64,000 bases of DNA, taken from contig CAXXMU010000008.1 in NCBI GenBank assembly GCA_963667785.2, positions 1-64,000 on the forward strand, written 5' to 3'. The DNA comes from Alphaproteobacteria bacterium (GTDB lineage: Bacteria > Pseudomonadota > Alphaproteobacteria > UBA828). The notes beneath the pieces are model-generated. The model worked only from the letters and a program-made list of their open reading frames with translations, was not told where the DNA came from and ran no database searches. Positions 19,726 through 29,722 of the stretch are shown piece after piece. Positions within the stretch are counted from its first letter, which is position 1, and the number at the start of each line of letters is the position of its first letter. The position numbers and the translations under genes were made by a program.

Positions 19726-21072
19726 TCACCGGCGGGCCTCCTGCAAGCGCAGGGCGCACCACGCGGCCGCGCGGAGCACCGTCGCATCGGCGCCGAGGGT
19801 CCCCACCACCTGGAGGCCGAGCGGGAGGCCGCCCAGCTCGAGCACGGGCACGTTGACCGCCGGCACGCCGAGCAGGGTCCAGAACATGGTCTGCGCGCGG
19901 CTGCCGGTGAAGTCCAGGCCCTCGGGCGCGGCGCCGGGGGCGGCGGGCGTCAACGCCGCGTCATAGGGCCTGAGGACGCGCGCGAAGGCGCGGCGCATGT
20001 CGTCCGCCGCGTCGAGCAGGTCGAGGTAGGCGTCCGCGTCGATCTCCCGCCCGGCCAGCACATGGCCGCGCACGGTATCGGAGAGGGTATCGGCGCCGCG
20101 CTCCCACCAGGGCGCGAAGGCGTGGGCGATCTCGCGCTGCATGATGCCGCGATGCACCGCCGCGGCGGCCGCGCAAGCGGGGCCGAGAGCCAGCGGTTCG
20201 GCACCGAGCACGGCCGCAGCCGCCTCGTAGGCCGCGGCGGCCTCCGGCTCGAGCTCGTCCCAGGCCGGCTCCCCGACCAGCGCGAGGCGCGGCCGGCCGA
20301 GCGGCAGCGCCAGCGCCGCGGCGAGGCGGGTGGGCGCTCGGCCCGTGCTCGCCTGGTCCAGCCCGTCGTCGCCGGAGATCGCGTCGATGCCGAGCGCCAC
20401 GTCGGCGGCCGAGCCCGCGAAGACGCCGACATGGTCGAGGGTGCGCGAGAGTCGCGTGACCCCGGTGCGCGGGATGGCGCCGAAGCTCGGCTTCATGCCC
20501 CAGACGCCGCAGAAGGCGGCGGGGCGGACGACCGAGCCGGCGGTCTGGGTGCCGAGCGCGAGCGGCACGCCGCCGGCGGCCACGGTCGCGGCCGAGCCCG
20601 AGGACGAGCCGCCCGGCGTGCGCGCGGGCGCATGCGGGTTGCGCGTCGGGCCCGCAGCGCCGCAGGCGAGCTCGGTGGTCGCGGTCTTGCCGAGCACCAG
20701 CGCGCCCGCCTCCCGCAGGCGGCGCACCACGGTCGCATCCGCCTCGGGCCGGCGGCCCGCATCGAGCGGCGTGCCGTTCTCGGTCGGCATGTCGGCGGTG
20801 TCGATGATGTCCTTGACCGCGACCGGCACGCCGGCGAGCGCGCCGCGCGGGCCGGCCGCATCGATCGCCCGCGCCCGCTCTTCGGCCTCGGCGCCGTCGA
20901 GATGGCACCAGGCCCGGATGACGGACTCGGTCTCGGCGATGCGATCCAGCGCCGCCCTGCAGGCGGCCACGGCGCTCTCCCGGCCGGCGCGGATTCTCGC
21001 TGCCGTCTCGCCCGCGCCCGGGCAGCGCGGCAGCGCCGGTGCCTCCGTTCCCCTGTCTCCGGCCGTCGTCAT
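19726..21072 (-). CDS. Amidase signature family enzyme
   Basis: VAVKDII, GKTATTE, PGGSSSGSAA, LGTQTAGSVVRPA, GLPLGLQ. Confidence 0.9.
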   Translation of the reverse strand: MTTAGDRGTEAPALPRCPGAGETAARIRAGRESAVAACRAALDRIAETESVIRAWCHLDGAEAEERARAIDAAGPRGALAGVPVAVKDIIDTADMPTENGTPLDAGRRPEADATVVRRLREAGALVLGKTATTELACGAAGPTRNPHAPARTPGGSSSGSAATVAAGGVPLALGTQTAGSVVRPAAFCGVWGMKPSFGAIPRTGVTRLSRTLDHVGVFAGSAADVALGIDAISGDDGLDQASTGRAPTRLAAALALPLGRPRLALVGEPAWDELEPEAAAAYEAAAAVLGAEPLALGPACAAAAAVHRGIMQREIAHAFAPWWERGADTLSDTVRGHVLAGREIDADAYLDLLDAADDMRRAFARVLRPYDAALTPAAPGAAPEGLDFTGSRAQTMFWTLLGVPAVNVPVLELGGLPLGLQVVGTLGADATVLRAAAWCALRLQEARR

Positions 21073-21183
21073 CGTCTCCCCATCCGCCCGGCCCCATCCC
21101 TGCGCAGCCTGCCCCGGCCGGTTGCCGCGCCCGCGTCGTGGCGTTGCTTGGCAAGGCATGCGGGCAGGGCTATAAGCCGGAGC

Positions 21184-22218
21184 ATGCTTGTCACTCTGGT
21201 CGATGACTCCATCCCGTTCAACGGGATGACTCCGGCCTATCAACCCATCGGAGGCGCCGAGAAGGCGTTCGCCAGCCTGCCGGCGGCACTCGCCCGGCAG
21301 GGCCACGTGGTGCGCGCCGTCAACCGCAGCCCCAACAGCCTCGGCTTCGAGAACGTCAGCTGGATCCACTGGGACGGCCGCAAGCCGCCCATCACCGAGG
21401 TGTTGATCGCGTTCCGCAAGCCGCTGCTGCTCGAGTTCACCCGGGCGACGCGCGCGCGCATCCTCTGGGTCGCCGGGCCGCCGGACTATCTCCACCGCCC
21501 GCCGGTCCACGAGGTGCTGAGCCGCACCGACGCGAAGCTGGTCTTCCTCGGCAACACCCATTCCGAGGCCTACCGGTCGCAGGGGGAGAACGCGATCTAC
21601 TACCGCTCGATCGTGCCCGGCGTGCGCGAGGAATACCGCGGCGCAGACGAGATGACTCCGGACGACCCCCCCACCGCGGTGGTCACCACCCACCCCAAGC
21701 ACGATCTCGACTGGCTGCTGGGCCTGTGGATCGAGCGGATCAGGCCGCAGGCGCCGAATGCGGTGCTGCAGGTCTATTCGGCCGCGCTCAAGCGCGCGGA
21801 GAACGGCGAGACCCTCGCCGACGATCTCGCACCCGTCTTCGAGAAGGCGCGCGCGGGCGCCGAGCACGGGGTGACGATCATGGCGCCGACCGGGGATCGG
21901 GACATGGCGAAGGCCTACGCCAGGGCGCGGGTCCACCTCTATCCCGGCTCGGAGCGCGAGATGTACTGCTCGACGCTGGCCGAATCGCAGGCCGTCGGCC
22001 TGCCCGCCGTCGCCCGGCCCATCGGCTCGGTCAAGGAGCGCTTCACCGACCGGCAGTCGGGCTTCCTGGCGCCCGACGACGACGCCTTCGTCGAGAACAC
22101 TCTCGTCATGCTGAAGGACGACGACGCCTTTCAGACCGCGAGCAAGACCGCGCGCAGGACAGGCCGGGGACGAAGCTGGGATTCCGTCGCGAGCGAGTTC
22201 GAAACGCTCTTTAGATGA
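21184..22218 (+). CDS. GT-B (family 4-like) glycosyltransferase
   Basis: PIGGAEKA at the N-terminus, E-x7-E motif EMYCSTLAE, GLPAV. Confidence 0.85.
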   Translation: MLVTLVDDSIPFNGMTPAYQPIGGAEKAFASLPAALARQGHVVRAVNRSPNSLGFENVSWIHWDGRKPPITEVLIAFRKPLLLEFTRATRARILWVAGPPDYLHRPPVHEVLSRTDAKLVFLGNTHSEAYRSQGENAIYYRSIVPGVREEYRGADEMTPDDPPTAVVTTHPKHDLDWLLGLWIERIRPQAPNAVLQVYSAALKRAENGETLADDLAPVFEKARAGAEHGVTIMAPTGDRDMAKAYARARVHLYPGSEREMYCSTLAESQAVGLPAVARPIGSVKERFTDRQSGFLAPDDDAFVENTLVMLKDDDAFQTASKTARRTGRGRSWDSVASEFETLFR

Positions 22219-23159
22219 ACATCCTCTTCGTCACCGCGACGCGGATCGGCGATGCCGTAATTTCCACCGGGGTACTCGGCCATCTGATGGAGCGCCACGC
22301 CGGCGCCCGGATCACCGTCGCCTGCGGCCCGGCCGCCGCCCCGCTCTTCGCCGGCGCGCCGGGGGTCGAGCGCGTCGTGACGCTGGAGAAGGCGCGCGGG
22401 CACGGCCACTGGTTCGGCCTCTGGCGCATGGCGGCCGCGCGCTGGTGGCATCTGGTGGTGGATCTGCGCTCGTCCGCGCTGGCCTATCTGGTTCCGGCCC
22501 GGCGGCGGCTGGTCTATCGCCGGGTCGACGGGCCGGTTCATCGGGTGGCGGCGCTGGGTGCGCTGGTCGATGCGGCGGAGCCGCCTGCGCCGCGCCTCTG
22601 GCTCGCGCCCGCCCACGAGGCGGCGGCAGAGCGGCTCGCTCCCGCAGGCCGCCCGCTGCTCGCGCTCGGCGCCGGCGCCGGATGGCCCGGCAAGCGCTGG
22701 CCGGGCGAACGTTTCGCCGCGCTCGCCGCCCGCCTGACCGAGCCGGGCGGGGTCGTGCCGGGTGCCGCCGTCGCGGTGCTGGGCGACGAGGCGGATCGCG
22801 CGCACACGCGCTCCCTGGTGGCCGGGCTGCCGGGCTGCCTCGACCTGGTCGGCACGGTCGACCTGCTCACGGCGGCCGCGCTGCTGCGCCGCTGCAGCCT
22901 CTTCGTCGGCAACGACAGCGGGCTCATGCACATCGCCGCCGCGGTCGGCGCGCCGACCCTCGGCCTGTTCGGGCCGAGCCGCGAGGACCACTACGCCCCC
23001 TGGGGCCCGCGCGCCGCCGTGGTCCGCACGGCCGCCTCATACGAGGACCTCGTCGGCAAACGCGGCCGCGCGGCCGGCACGCTGATGGACACGCTGACGG
23101 TGGAGATGGCGGAGGAGGGCGCCTGCGCCCTCTGGGCCGCAACCCGGGCCGCTACATGA
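22215..23159 (+). CDS. Family 9 glycosyltransferase (heptosyltransferase-like)
   Basis: RIGDAV, KRWP, FVGNDSGLMHIAAA, LFGPS; ATGA overlap with the upstream gene. Confidence 0.92.
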   Translation: MNILFVTATRIGDAVISTGVLGHLMERHAGARITVACGPAAAPLFAGAPGVERVVTLEKARGHGHWFGLWRMAAARWWHLVVDLRSSALAYLVPARRRLVYRRVDGPVHRVAALGALVDAAEPPAPRLWLAPAHEAAAERLAPAGRPLLALGAGAGWPGKRWPGERFAALAARLTEPGGVVPGAAVAVLGDEADRAHTRSLVAGLPGCLDLVGTVDLLTAAALLRRCSLFVGNDSGLMHIAAAVGAPTLGLFGPSREDHYAPWGPRAAVVRTAASYEDLVGKRGRAAGTLMDTLTVEMAEEGACALWAATRAAT

Positions 23160-23808
23160 CGCCGTACTTCTCGTAGGCCTCCGTGGTCGAGAGCCCGGAC
23201 TCGATCTCGCGGGCGATGACGGTTTCCATGCGGCGCTTCTCCAGCGCCTTCTCCACGCACTCGGCCGCGACGTCGGCAGGCACGCAGAGGACACCGTCGT
23301 CGTCGCCCACGATCAGGTCCCCCGGCCGGATCGCGACCTCGGCGATCCGCACCGGCTCCCGATAGGCGATCACCCGGCCCCGGCCGCGCTGATCCTGGGC
23401 GTAGGAGCCGCGGGCGAAGACCGGCAGCGTCATCGCCCGGACCTCCCGCGAATCGCGCATGTAGCCATCGAGCACGGCGCCCGCCGCGCCCCTCGCCAGC
23501 GCCCGGGTGTTCATCAGCTCGCCCCAGAGCGCGAAGGGCGGCGCGCCGGCGGCCGCAACGTAGACCTCGTCCCGCTGCAGGGAATCGAGGGCCTCGAACA
23601 TCAGGCCGAAGCTGTGGTCGTCGGGCGAGGCCGCGATCTCGAGCAGCGGCATCGCCCGGCCCACGAGCATGGCGCCCGGCACGGCCGGCTGGATGGCCGG
23701 CGGCAGGAACTGGTGGCGGCGGCCGAGCGTGTCGAGAACGTCGCCCAGTTGCGCGGTGGAGAGCTCGCTCCGCACCGTTGCGAGAATCGTGTCGGCAGGC
23801 TGGCTCAT
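23152..23808 (-). CDS. RraA family / HMG-aldolase-like protein
   Basis: LGDVLD, WGELM, GAVLDGYMRD, PGDLIVGDDDGV. Confidence 0.9.
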   Translation of the reverse strand: MSQPADTILATVRSELSTAQLGDVLDTLGRRHQFLPPAIQPAVPGAMLVGRAMPLLEIAASPDDHSFGLMFEALDSLQRDEVYVAAAGAPPFALWGELMNTRALARGAAGAVLDGYMRDSREVRAMTLPVFARGSYAQDQRGRGRVIAYREPVRIAEVAIRPGDLIVGDDDGVLCVPADVAAECVEKALEKRRMETVIAREIESGLSTTEAYEKYGVM

Positions 23809-24794
23809 GCTGCTCCTCCCTCGGCGGGCGTGCCGAACCGGCGGTCGCGGTCGTGCGGGCGCATGAAGTCGAGCTCCGGCCCCTTCGGCACGATGCGGGT
23901 GGGATTCACGGCGACGTGGCTCGCGTAATAGTGGCCCTTGATGTGCGCCATGTTCACCGTGTCGGCGATCCCCGGCTGCTGGTAGAGATCCCGCAGATAG
24001 TTGCCGAGGGCGGGATAGTCCTCGATCCGGCGGCGGTTGCACTTGAAGTGCCCGACATAGACGGCATCGAAGCGCACGAGCGTGGGGAAGAGCCGCCAGT
24101 CCGCCTCGGTGATGCACGCGCCGGCAAGGTAGCGTTGCGAGGCGAGCCGCGCCTCCAGCTCGTCCAGCGTCGCGAACAGGGCGTCGAAGGCGTCCTCGTA
24201 GGCCGCCTGCGACCGCGCGAAGCCGGTCTTGTAGACGCCATTGTTGACGTGCTCGTAGATCGTCTCGTTGATCGCGTCGATCTCGTCCCTCAGCGCCGCT
24301 GGGTAGAGGTCCGGCCCGCCGTCCGCCCATTCGTCGAACTCGGTGTTGAGCATGCGGACGATCTCGGCGGATTCGTTGTTGACGATGGTCTTCTCCCGCT
24401 TGTCCCAGAGCACCGGCACCGAGACCCGCCCGGTGAAGTCGTCTCGCGCGAGCTTGTAGATCTCGCGCAGGTAGCGGGCGCCGTTGACGGTATCGGGGAT
24501 GCAGCCCGGGCCGTCGGAGAAATGCCAGCCCTCGTCGCCCGTGAAGGGGTCCACCACGGAGACCGAGATCGCATCCTCGAGCCTGCGCAGCGCGCGAAGG
24601 ATCATGGTCCGGTGCGCCCAGGGGCAGGCGTGCGACACGTAGAGGTGATAGCGGCCCGGCTCGGCGTTGAAGCCCGACGAGCCGTCGGCGGTCACGGCAT
24701 CGCGGAAGGAGGTGGCGGCCCGCAGGAAGCGGCCGTCGGGCGCGGTCCTGTGGTCCTCGTCCTTGTGCCAGACGCCCTCGATCATCCTGCCCAT
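23805..24794 (-). CDS. Glutathionyl-hydroquinone reductase (Xi-class GST, YqjG/PcpF-like)
   Basis: GRYHLYVSHACPWAHR, VPVLWD, IVNNES, NNGVYK.GF, RFDAVY, NPTRIVP.GP. Confidence 0.93.
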   Translation of the reverse strand: MGRMIEGVWHKDEDHRTAPDGRFLRAATSFRDAVTADGSSGFNAEPGRYHLYVSHACPWAHRTMILRALRRLEDAISVSVVDPFTGDEGWHFSDGPGCIPDTVNGARYLREIYKLARDDFTGRVSVPVLWDKREKTIVNNESAEIVRMLNTEFDEWADGGPDLYPAALRDEIDAINETIYEHVNNGVYKTGFARSQAAYEDAFDALFATLDELEARLASQRYLAGACITEADWRLFPTLVRFDAVYVGHFKCNRRRIEDYPALGNYLRDLYQQPGIADTVNMAHIKGHYYASHVAVNPTRIVPKGPELDFMRPHDRDRRFGTPAEGGAA

Positions 24795-24882
24795 GCTTCG
24801 CTCCTCGGATGCGCGTCGCCGCGTGCGCGCGTGGCGGCGATCCTGCGCGAAGTCGCGAGAGGGCGCAATTCGGGCACGGCCC

Positions 24883-25737
24883 TCAGCCGGGGACGAGGGC
24901 GGCGAGCAGTCCGTAGTGATCCGAGAGCGGCAGCCTTCCTTCGCCCAGCGGCACCACCGGCTCGTCGAGCACGATGCGCGCGTCGGCGACCGCCACCGGC
25001 CGCCCGTGGTCCGCGCGCACGTGAACGTGGTCGACCCGGCGGGCATCGCCGGTCGCGCGGCCGCGGTTGAGCGGGTTCCGCGGGTCCCAGGTGCCGCGGG
25101 AGACGCCGGCGGCCGCATCCGCGAAGCCGGCCGCGCCCAGACGCTCGCCCACCCAGGGCGCGGTGGCCGGACTGCAGTTGAAGTCGCCGGCGAGCACCGT
25201 CGCGCCGTCGAAGGGCGCCTCCGCGGCGGCGATCGCCTCGGCGAGCTGCGCGCTCCGCCGGTCGGGCGCGCCCCGGCGCCGCTGCTGCCGGTAGGCGCCG
25301 CCGGCGGTGGCATGGAGGTTGATGACGCGAACCCGGCCGAGGCCGGGCGTCGGCACGGTGCAGGCGAGCATCCCGCGCGGGCCGAAGAGCCCTTCCTCCG
25401 GCGTCTGCGCGGCGAAGGGGGTGCAGGCGGCGTTCTCGATGGCGTGGCGCGAGAGAGTGAGCAGGCCGGTGCCGTAGAAGCGGGTGTCCTCGGCGATGCC
25501 GGCGCGGTGGGGGTAGAGGTCGCGCAGCTCGGCTGCGAGCCGAGTCTTCACCCGCTGGGGAACCAGCTCCTGCAGCAGCGCGATGTCGGCGTCCACCGTG
25601 CGCAGTGCGTCGGCCAGGTGCGCAGCCCGGGCGGCGACGTGCGGCACGTCCGCGTAGAGCGGGGCGCGGAACAGGCGGATCTCGGTCAGGCCGGTGTTGA
25701 AGGTCAGGATGCGCAGCACCGGCGCGCTAACCCGCAT
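24883..25737 (-). CDS. Endonuclease/exonuclease/phosphatase (EEP) family protein
   Basis: LTFN, LQE, NLH, AGDFN, RVDHV, SDH. The ATG lies inside the adjacent MITE TIR; a downstream GTG is an alternative. Confidence 0.88.
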   Translation of the reverse strand: MRVSAPVLRILTFNTGLTEIRLFRAPLYADVPHVAARAAHLADALRTVDADIALLQELVPQRVKTRLAAELRDLYPHRAGIAEDTRFYGTGLLTLSRHAIENAACTPFAAQTPEEGLFGPRGMLACTVPTPGLGRVRVINLHATAGGAYRQQRRRGAPDRRSAQLAEAIAAAEAPFDGATVLAGDFNCSPATAPWVGERLGAAGFADAAAGVSRGTWDPRNPLNRGRATGDARRVDHVHVRADHGRPVAVADARIVLDEPVVPLGEGRLPLSDHYGLLAALVPG

Positions 25738-25998
25738 TTTTCACCAGGGTCATGGCCTGCGCGACGCTGTCCGGCCGACAGGGCAGGAGAGGCGTGCAGC
25801 GCGATGCGGGGACATCGGGCAAGCGCCTCGACGCACACTGTCGGCCGGAGAGCGCCGCCCTTCGGGTCGCGCCCAGGCGCCCGCCCGCGGCGTCGCGGGC
25901 CTCAACCGTATTCCCCGATACGCTCTTCGGCCCGCTCCTGGCGGATCGAACGCCTGGTGCGCGACGCAGACCGCGACCATGGTGAGAAATGCGGGTTA
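25728..25998. mobile_element. MITE, family B (267 bp plus TA target duplication)
   Basis: TAACCCGCATTTTTCACCAGGGTC / GACCATGGTGAGAAATGCGGGTTA form a 24-bp inverted repeat with 2 mismatches; internal hairpins; no transposase. Confidence 0.85.
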
Positions 25999-26922
25999 AC
26001 GGCCCGCCCCGTCCGGCGCCACGGGCGGGGTGGTCCGATTGACGAGGAAGAGGCCGGCGAAGAGCAGCGCGACGGCCAGGGCGATCCACGGGCTCGGTAC
26101 CTCGCCGAAATAGAGAGCGGCCCAGCCCAGGCCCACGAGGGTGCCGATGTAGCCGTAGGTCGAGAAGAAGACCGGCCCGGCCATCCGGATGATCTCAAGC
26201 CCGAGCACGAAGAATCCCGCCGTGATCGCGCCGGCGCCGAGCAGGGCCCAGTCGCCGTCGGTCATGGCGCCATCGAAGAGCCACCACTGGTCGGCGGCGG
26301 CCATGACCGGCAGCATCAGGATCGCGCTGGCGAAGGCGATGCCGCAGGTGAGCGGAATCGGCTTGCTGTCCGCCGGGCGGAGGAGCACCACCGTCACGGT
26401 GCCGAAGGCGTAGCAGACCGGCGCGGCGAAGGCCATCAGCAGCCACGGCGCCATGCCGGGCTCAGGCAGCGTCGTGCCCGGCGCGAGCACCACCAGGATT
26501 CCGACGAGGCCGAGCAGGATGCCCGCGACCCGGAGCAGGTGCACGCGGTCGAGCCTGAACAGGACCGAGAAGGCGTAGGTCAGGATCGGCGAGAGGGTCA
26601 GGCTGAGCGCGACCGCGCCGGCCGGCACGCGCGGCGCCGCCAGCGCAAGCAGGGTGTAGGGCAGCGCGATGCCGACGAAGCCGAAGATGAAGTAGAAGCG
26701 GATGTAGACGCCCGTCAGGCGCGGACGCTGCCCTAACGCAACGCCTGCGATTAGCGCGACCGCGCCCGCGACGACGCCTTGCCAGAAGACGAAGGGAAAG
26801 ACCGGAATGCCCTCGGTGATGACGATCCGGTTGAGCGAGAAGCTCATGGAATAGCCGCAGGCGCCCACCAGCAGCATGGCGAGCGGCACGAGGCGTCCGC
26901 CGCTTCGATCCACGGCGCTCAC
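25996..26922 (-). CDS. DMT/EamA family transporter
   Basis: About 10 hydrophobic helices, AGPVFFS, LYFGEVP; start uncertain. Confidence 0.85.
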   Translation of the reverse strand: MSAVDRSGGRLVPLAMLLVGACGYSMSFSLNRIVITEGIPVFPFVFWQGVVAGAVALIAGVALGQRPRLTGVYIRFYFIFGFVGIALPYTLLALAAPRVPAGAVALSLTLSPILTYAFSVLFRLDRVHLLRVAGILLGLVGILVVLAPGTTLPEPGMAPWLLMAFAAPVCYAFGTVTVVLLRPADSKPIPLTCGIAFASAILMLPVMAAADQWWLFDGAMTDGDWALLGAGAITAGFFVLGLEIIRMAGPVFFSTYGYIGTLVGLGWAALYFGEVPSPWIALAVALLFAGLFLVNRTTPPVAPDGAGR

Positions 26923-26974
26923 GCAGGCCAGGCGGTGCAGGGTCGGTGCGGCACGATCCGCCGCCCCTCGGCCG

Positions 26975-27745
26975 TCACGCGGGGAGCCCGGCGGTGAGGC
27001 CGCCGTCGATGACGAGCGCGGTGCCGGTGATCCAGCGGGCGTCGTCGGAGGCGAGGTAGACGAAGCCGTCGGCAATGTCGCGGGGCGTGCCGATGCACCC
27101 GAGCGGGGTGCGGGCCGCGGCGCCTGCGCGGGCGGCCTCCGGGTCCTCCTGCTCCGCGAGAAAACCGTCGAACATCGGGGTGTCGACGAAGCCGGGGCAG
27201 ATGCAGTTGGCGCGGATGCCGGCGCCGGCGCCATCCAGCGCCATGCAGCGCGTGAGCATGATGAGCCCTGCCTTGGAGGCGACGTAGGCGGCATCCTGCG
27301 GCGCCGCGATGACGCCGGCGATCGAGGCCGTGCTCAGGATCAGGCCGCCGCTGGCCTCGGCGAAGTGCGGCCAGAACGCCTTCGAGATCCGGTAGGCGCC
27401 ACTCAGGTTGATGTCGATCTCCCGCCGCCAGTCCGCCTCCGAGAGCTCGGCCACGCCGCCGAGGATGGTGACGCCGGCATTGTTCACCAGCACGTCCACC
27501 CTGCCGCAGGCAGCGAGCGCCGCTGCCGCCAGACGTGCCGCGTCGCTCTCGCTGGTGATGTCGGCGGTGACGGCGTGGGCGCTGCCGCCGCCGGCGACGA
27601 TCGACGCCGCCACGGCTTCCGCGCCCGCCGCGTCGCGATCGGCGCAGACCACCGCCGCGCCTTCCTCGGCGAAGCGGAGCGCCGTCTCGCGGCCGATGCC
27701 GGATGCGGCGCCGGTAACGACGGCGTTCTTCCCGGCGAGTCTCAC
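26975..27745 (-). CDS. Short-chain dehydrogenase/reductase
   Basis: TGAASGIG, NNAG, YVASK, ICPGFVDT, IDGG. Confidence 0.93.
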   Translation of the reverse strand: MRLAGKNAVVTGAASGIGRETALRFAEEGAAVVCADRDAAGAEAVAASIVAGGGSAHAVTADITSESDAARLAAAALAACGRVDVLVNNAGVTILGGVAELSEADWRREIDINLSGAYRISKAFWPHFAEASGGLILSTASIAGVIAAPQDAAYVASKAGLIMLTRCMALDGAGAGIRANCICPGFVDTPMFDGFLAEQEDPEAARAGAAARTPLGCIGTPRDIADGFVYLASDDARWITGTALVIDGGLTAGLPA

Positions 27746-27767
27746 GGGGGCGGGGGGCTGCGCCCGC

Positions 27768-28721
27768 TCACGCGGGCATGGTCTCGTTACGGCGCTGGGC
27801 GCGCTGCATCAGGATCAGGCCGATCACCGCGAACACGCTGAGGCAGATCAGGATGAAGAGCCCCAGCGCCGCCACGTAGGCCCACTCAAGATCCTTGAAG
27901 GTCAGGTCGAGGATGTAGACGGAGATCGACTTGGTCGCCGTTCCCGGCCCGCCGCCGGTCATCACGTAGAGGATGTCGAAGATCTTGATGCACTCGATGG
28001 TGCGGATGACCAGCGCGATGATCATCACCATCTTCATGCGCGGCAGCACGATGCGCCAGAAGCGCTGCCACGCGTTCGCGCCGAGCAGCGTCGCCGCCTT
28101 CATCTGGTCCTCGGGCACGCCCACCATGCCGGCGAGCAGGATGAGGAACATGAGCGGCGTCCACTGCCAGATGTCGGCGATCATCACGGAGATCATCGCC
28201 AGCGTGCCGTCGGCGAGCCACAGGATCTCGACCTCGGTGCCGCTGATCCGGCTGAGCAGGTCGTTGATCGGGCCGGTGCTCTGGAACAGCATGAAGAACA
28301 TGTAGCCGGCGACCGCGGGCACGATCATCATCGGCATCAGCATGATCGAGTAGAAGACCCGCTTGCCCACGAACTTCTCGGCGAAGAGGATGGCGAGCCC
28401 GAGCCCCAGCAGGAACTCGATGGGCACGCAGACGGCGACGATCAGGAAGGTGCGCCCGATCGAGCCCCACAGCTTCCTGTCGTCGAAGAGGTCGCCGTAG
28501 TTGCCGAAGAGGTTGGCGCTCTCGTAGGCCATGTACCAGGGCGTGCCGTCGAGCGGCCCCCACCAGGTGAAGCTCACGTAGAGCTGCATCACCAGCGGGA
28601 AGGCGACGATGAAGAGCAGCAGAAGCTGGGCCGGCAGCGTCAGGTAGAGCCCGAGCACCTTGCCCTGGCGTTCCAGCGGCGTGAGCACGGGCCGCCTGCC
28701 CTCTGCCGCCGCCTTGCTCAT
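27768..28721 (-). CDS. Carbohydrate ABC transporter permease (MalF-type)
   Basis: DIWQWTPLMFLILLAG, EAA-like loop MKAATLLGA, MTGGGPG. Confidence 0.92.
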   Translation of the reverse strand: MSKAAAEGRRPVLTPLERQGKVLGLYLTLPAQLLLLFIVAFPLVMQLYVSFTWWGPLDGTPWYMAYESANLFGNYGDLFDDRKLWGSIGRTFLIVAVCVPIEFLLGLGLAILFAEKFVGKRVFYSIMLMPMMIVPAVAGYMFFMLFQSTGPINDLLSRISGTEVEILWLADGTLAMISVMIADIWQWTPLMFLILLAGMVGVPEDQMKAATLLGANAWQRFWRIVLPRMKMVMIIALVIRTIECIKIFDILYVMTGGGPGTATKSISVYILDLTFKDLEWAYVAALGLFILICLSVFAVIGLILMQRAQRRNETMPA

Positions 28722-29578
28722 TGCTTGAGCGCTCCGAAGGTGAGGCCGCGCACCAGGTACTTCTGGATCGCGATGCCGAAGACCACGGGCGGCACCACGG
28801 CGATGAGGCCGAGCGCGGCCTTGGCGCCGTACATCTGCCCCGTCATCGCCGAGGACAGCGAGTTCATGTAGACCGGAATCGTCACCCATTCCTTGCGGGT
28901 CAGCAGCAGGGCGATGACGTAGTCGCTCCAGTTGAGGATGAAGACGAAGAGCGTGGTGCTGGCGAGCGCCGCCTTCACCATCGGCAGCGTGATCTTCCAG
29001 AACACGCGGAACCAGCTGCAGCCCTCGACGAGGGCGGCCTCCTCGATTTCGCGCGGCACTTCATCGAAGAAGGTCTTCATCAGCCAGAAGGCGAAGGGCA
29101 GCGTGACGATGCCGTAGATGAGCGAGAGCCCCCACCAGGAATCCATGGCGCCGATGAAGGCCCACATGATCATCACCGGGATCATCACCGCGAGCGGCGG
29201 GAACAGCCGGAGCTGGAGGACGCCCAAGGGCAGGTTGCGCCCGACCATGAAGCGGGAGACCGCATAGGCGCCCATGGTGCCGGCGATGACCGCGATCGCC
29301 GTGCCGAGCAGCGCGGTGACGAGGCTGGAGATGATCGGCTTGGTGGCGGTCCGCTCGTGGGTGATGGAGTAGGCTTCCGTCTCGCCCGTGAAGATGTATT
29401 CGAAGTTGGCGAAGGTGGGCTCGCGCGGCAGCCAGTGCAGGTCGCCTGCGGTGGACACCCACTCGGTGTGCGGCTTGAAGGCCATCGTGGCCATCCACAC
29501 CACCGGCAGCAGCGCGAGGCCCACGGCGACGAGGATCAGCGCGTAGCGCCAGAGGTGTGAGGTGTACGCTCTTTGCAT
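28718..29578 (-). CDS. Carbohydrate ABC transporter permease (MalG-type)
   Basis: EIEEAALVEG, FILNWSD, QKYLVRGLTFGA. Confidence 0.92.
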   Translation of the reverse strand: MQRAYTSHLWRYALILVAVGLALLPVVWMATMAFKPHTEWVSTAGDLHWLPREPTFANFEYIFTGETEAYSITHERTATKPIISSLVTALLGTAIAVIAGTMGAYAVSRFMVGRNLPLGVLQLRLFPPLAVMIPVMIMWAFIGAMDSWWGLSLIYGIVTLPFAFWLMKTFFDEVPREIEEAALVEGCSWFRVFWKITLPMVKAALASTTLFVFILNWSDYVIALLLTRKEWVTIPVYMNSLSSAMTGQMYGAKAALGLIAVVPPVVFGIAIQKYLVRGLTFGALKQ

Positions 29579-29722
29579 CGCTACTCAGGCCGCGGTGCCG
29601 GGTCGGTCACGGTGCGCATGGGCGACCGCTCGCCGCCTTGTACCGAGCGCGGCCGGGAGGGGAGCGGGCGGCGCGCACACGCTGCGCACCGCCCGCGACG
29701 CACCGAATCGGCGCTTTCCGGA

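Noticed and set aside
29590-29706. Long GC stem-loop between the SBP and the first permease
   Set aside because: Such hairpins are commonplace mRNA-stabilising elements in ABC operons; no evidence for anything more.
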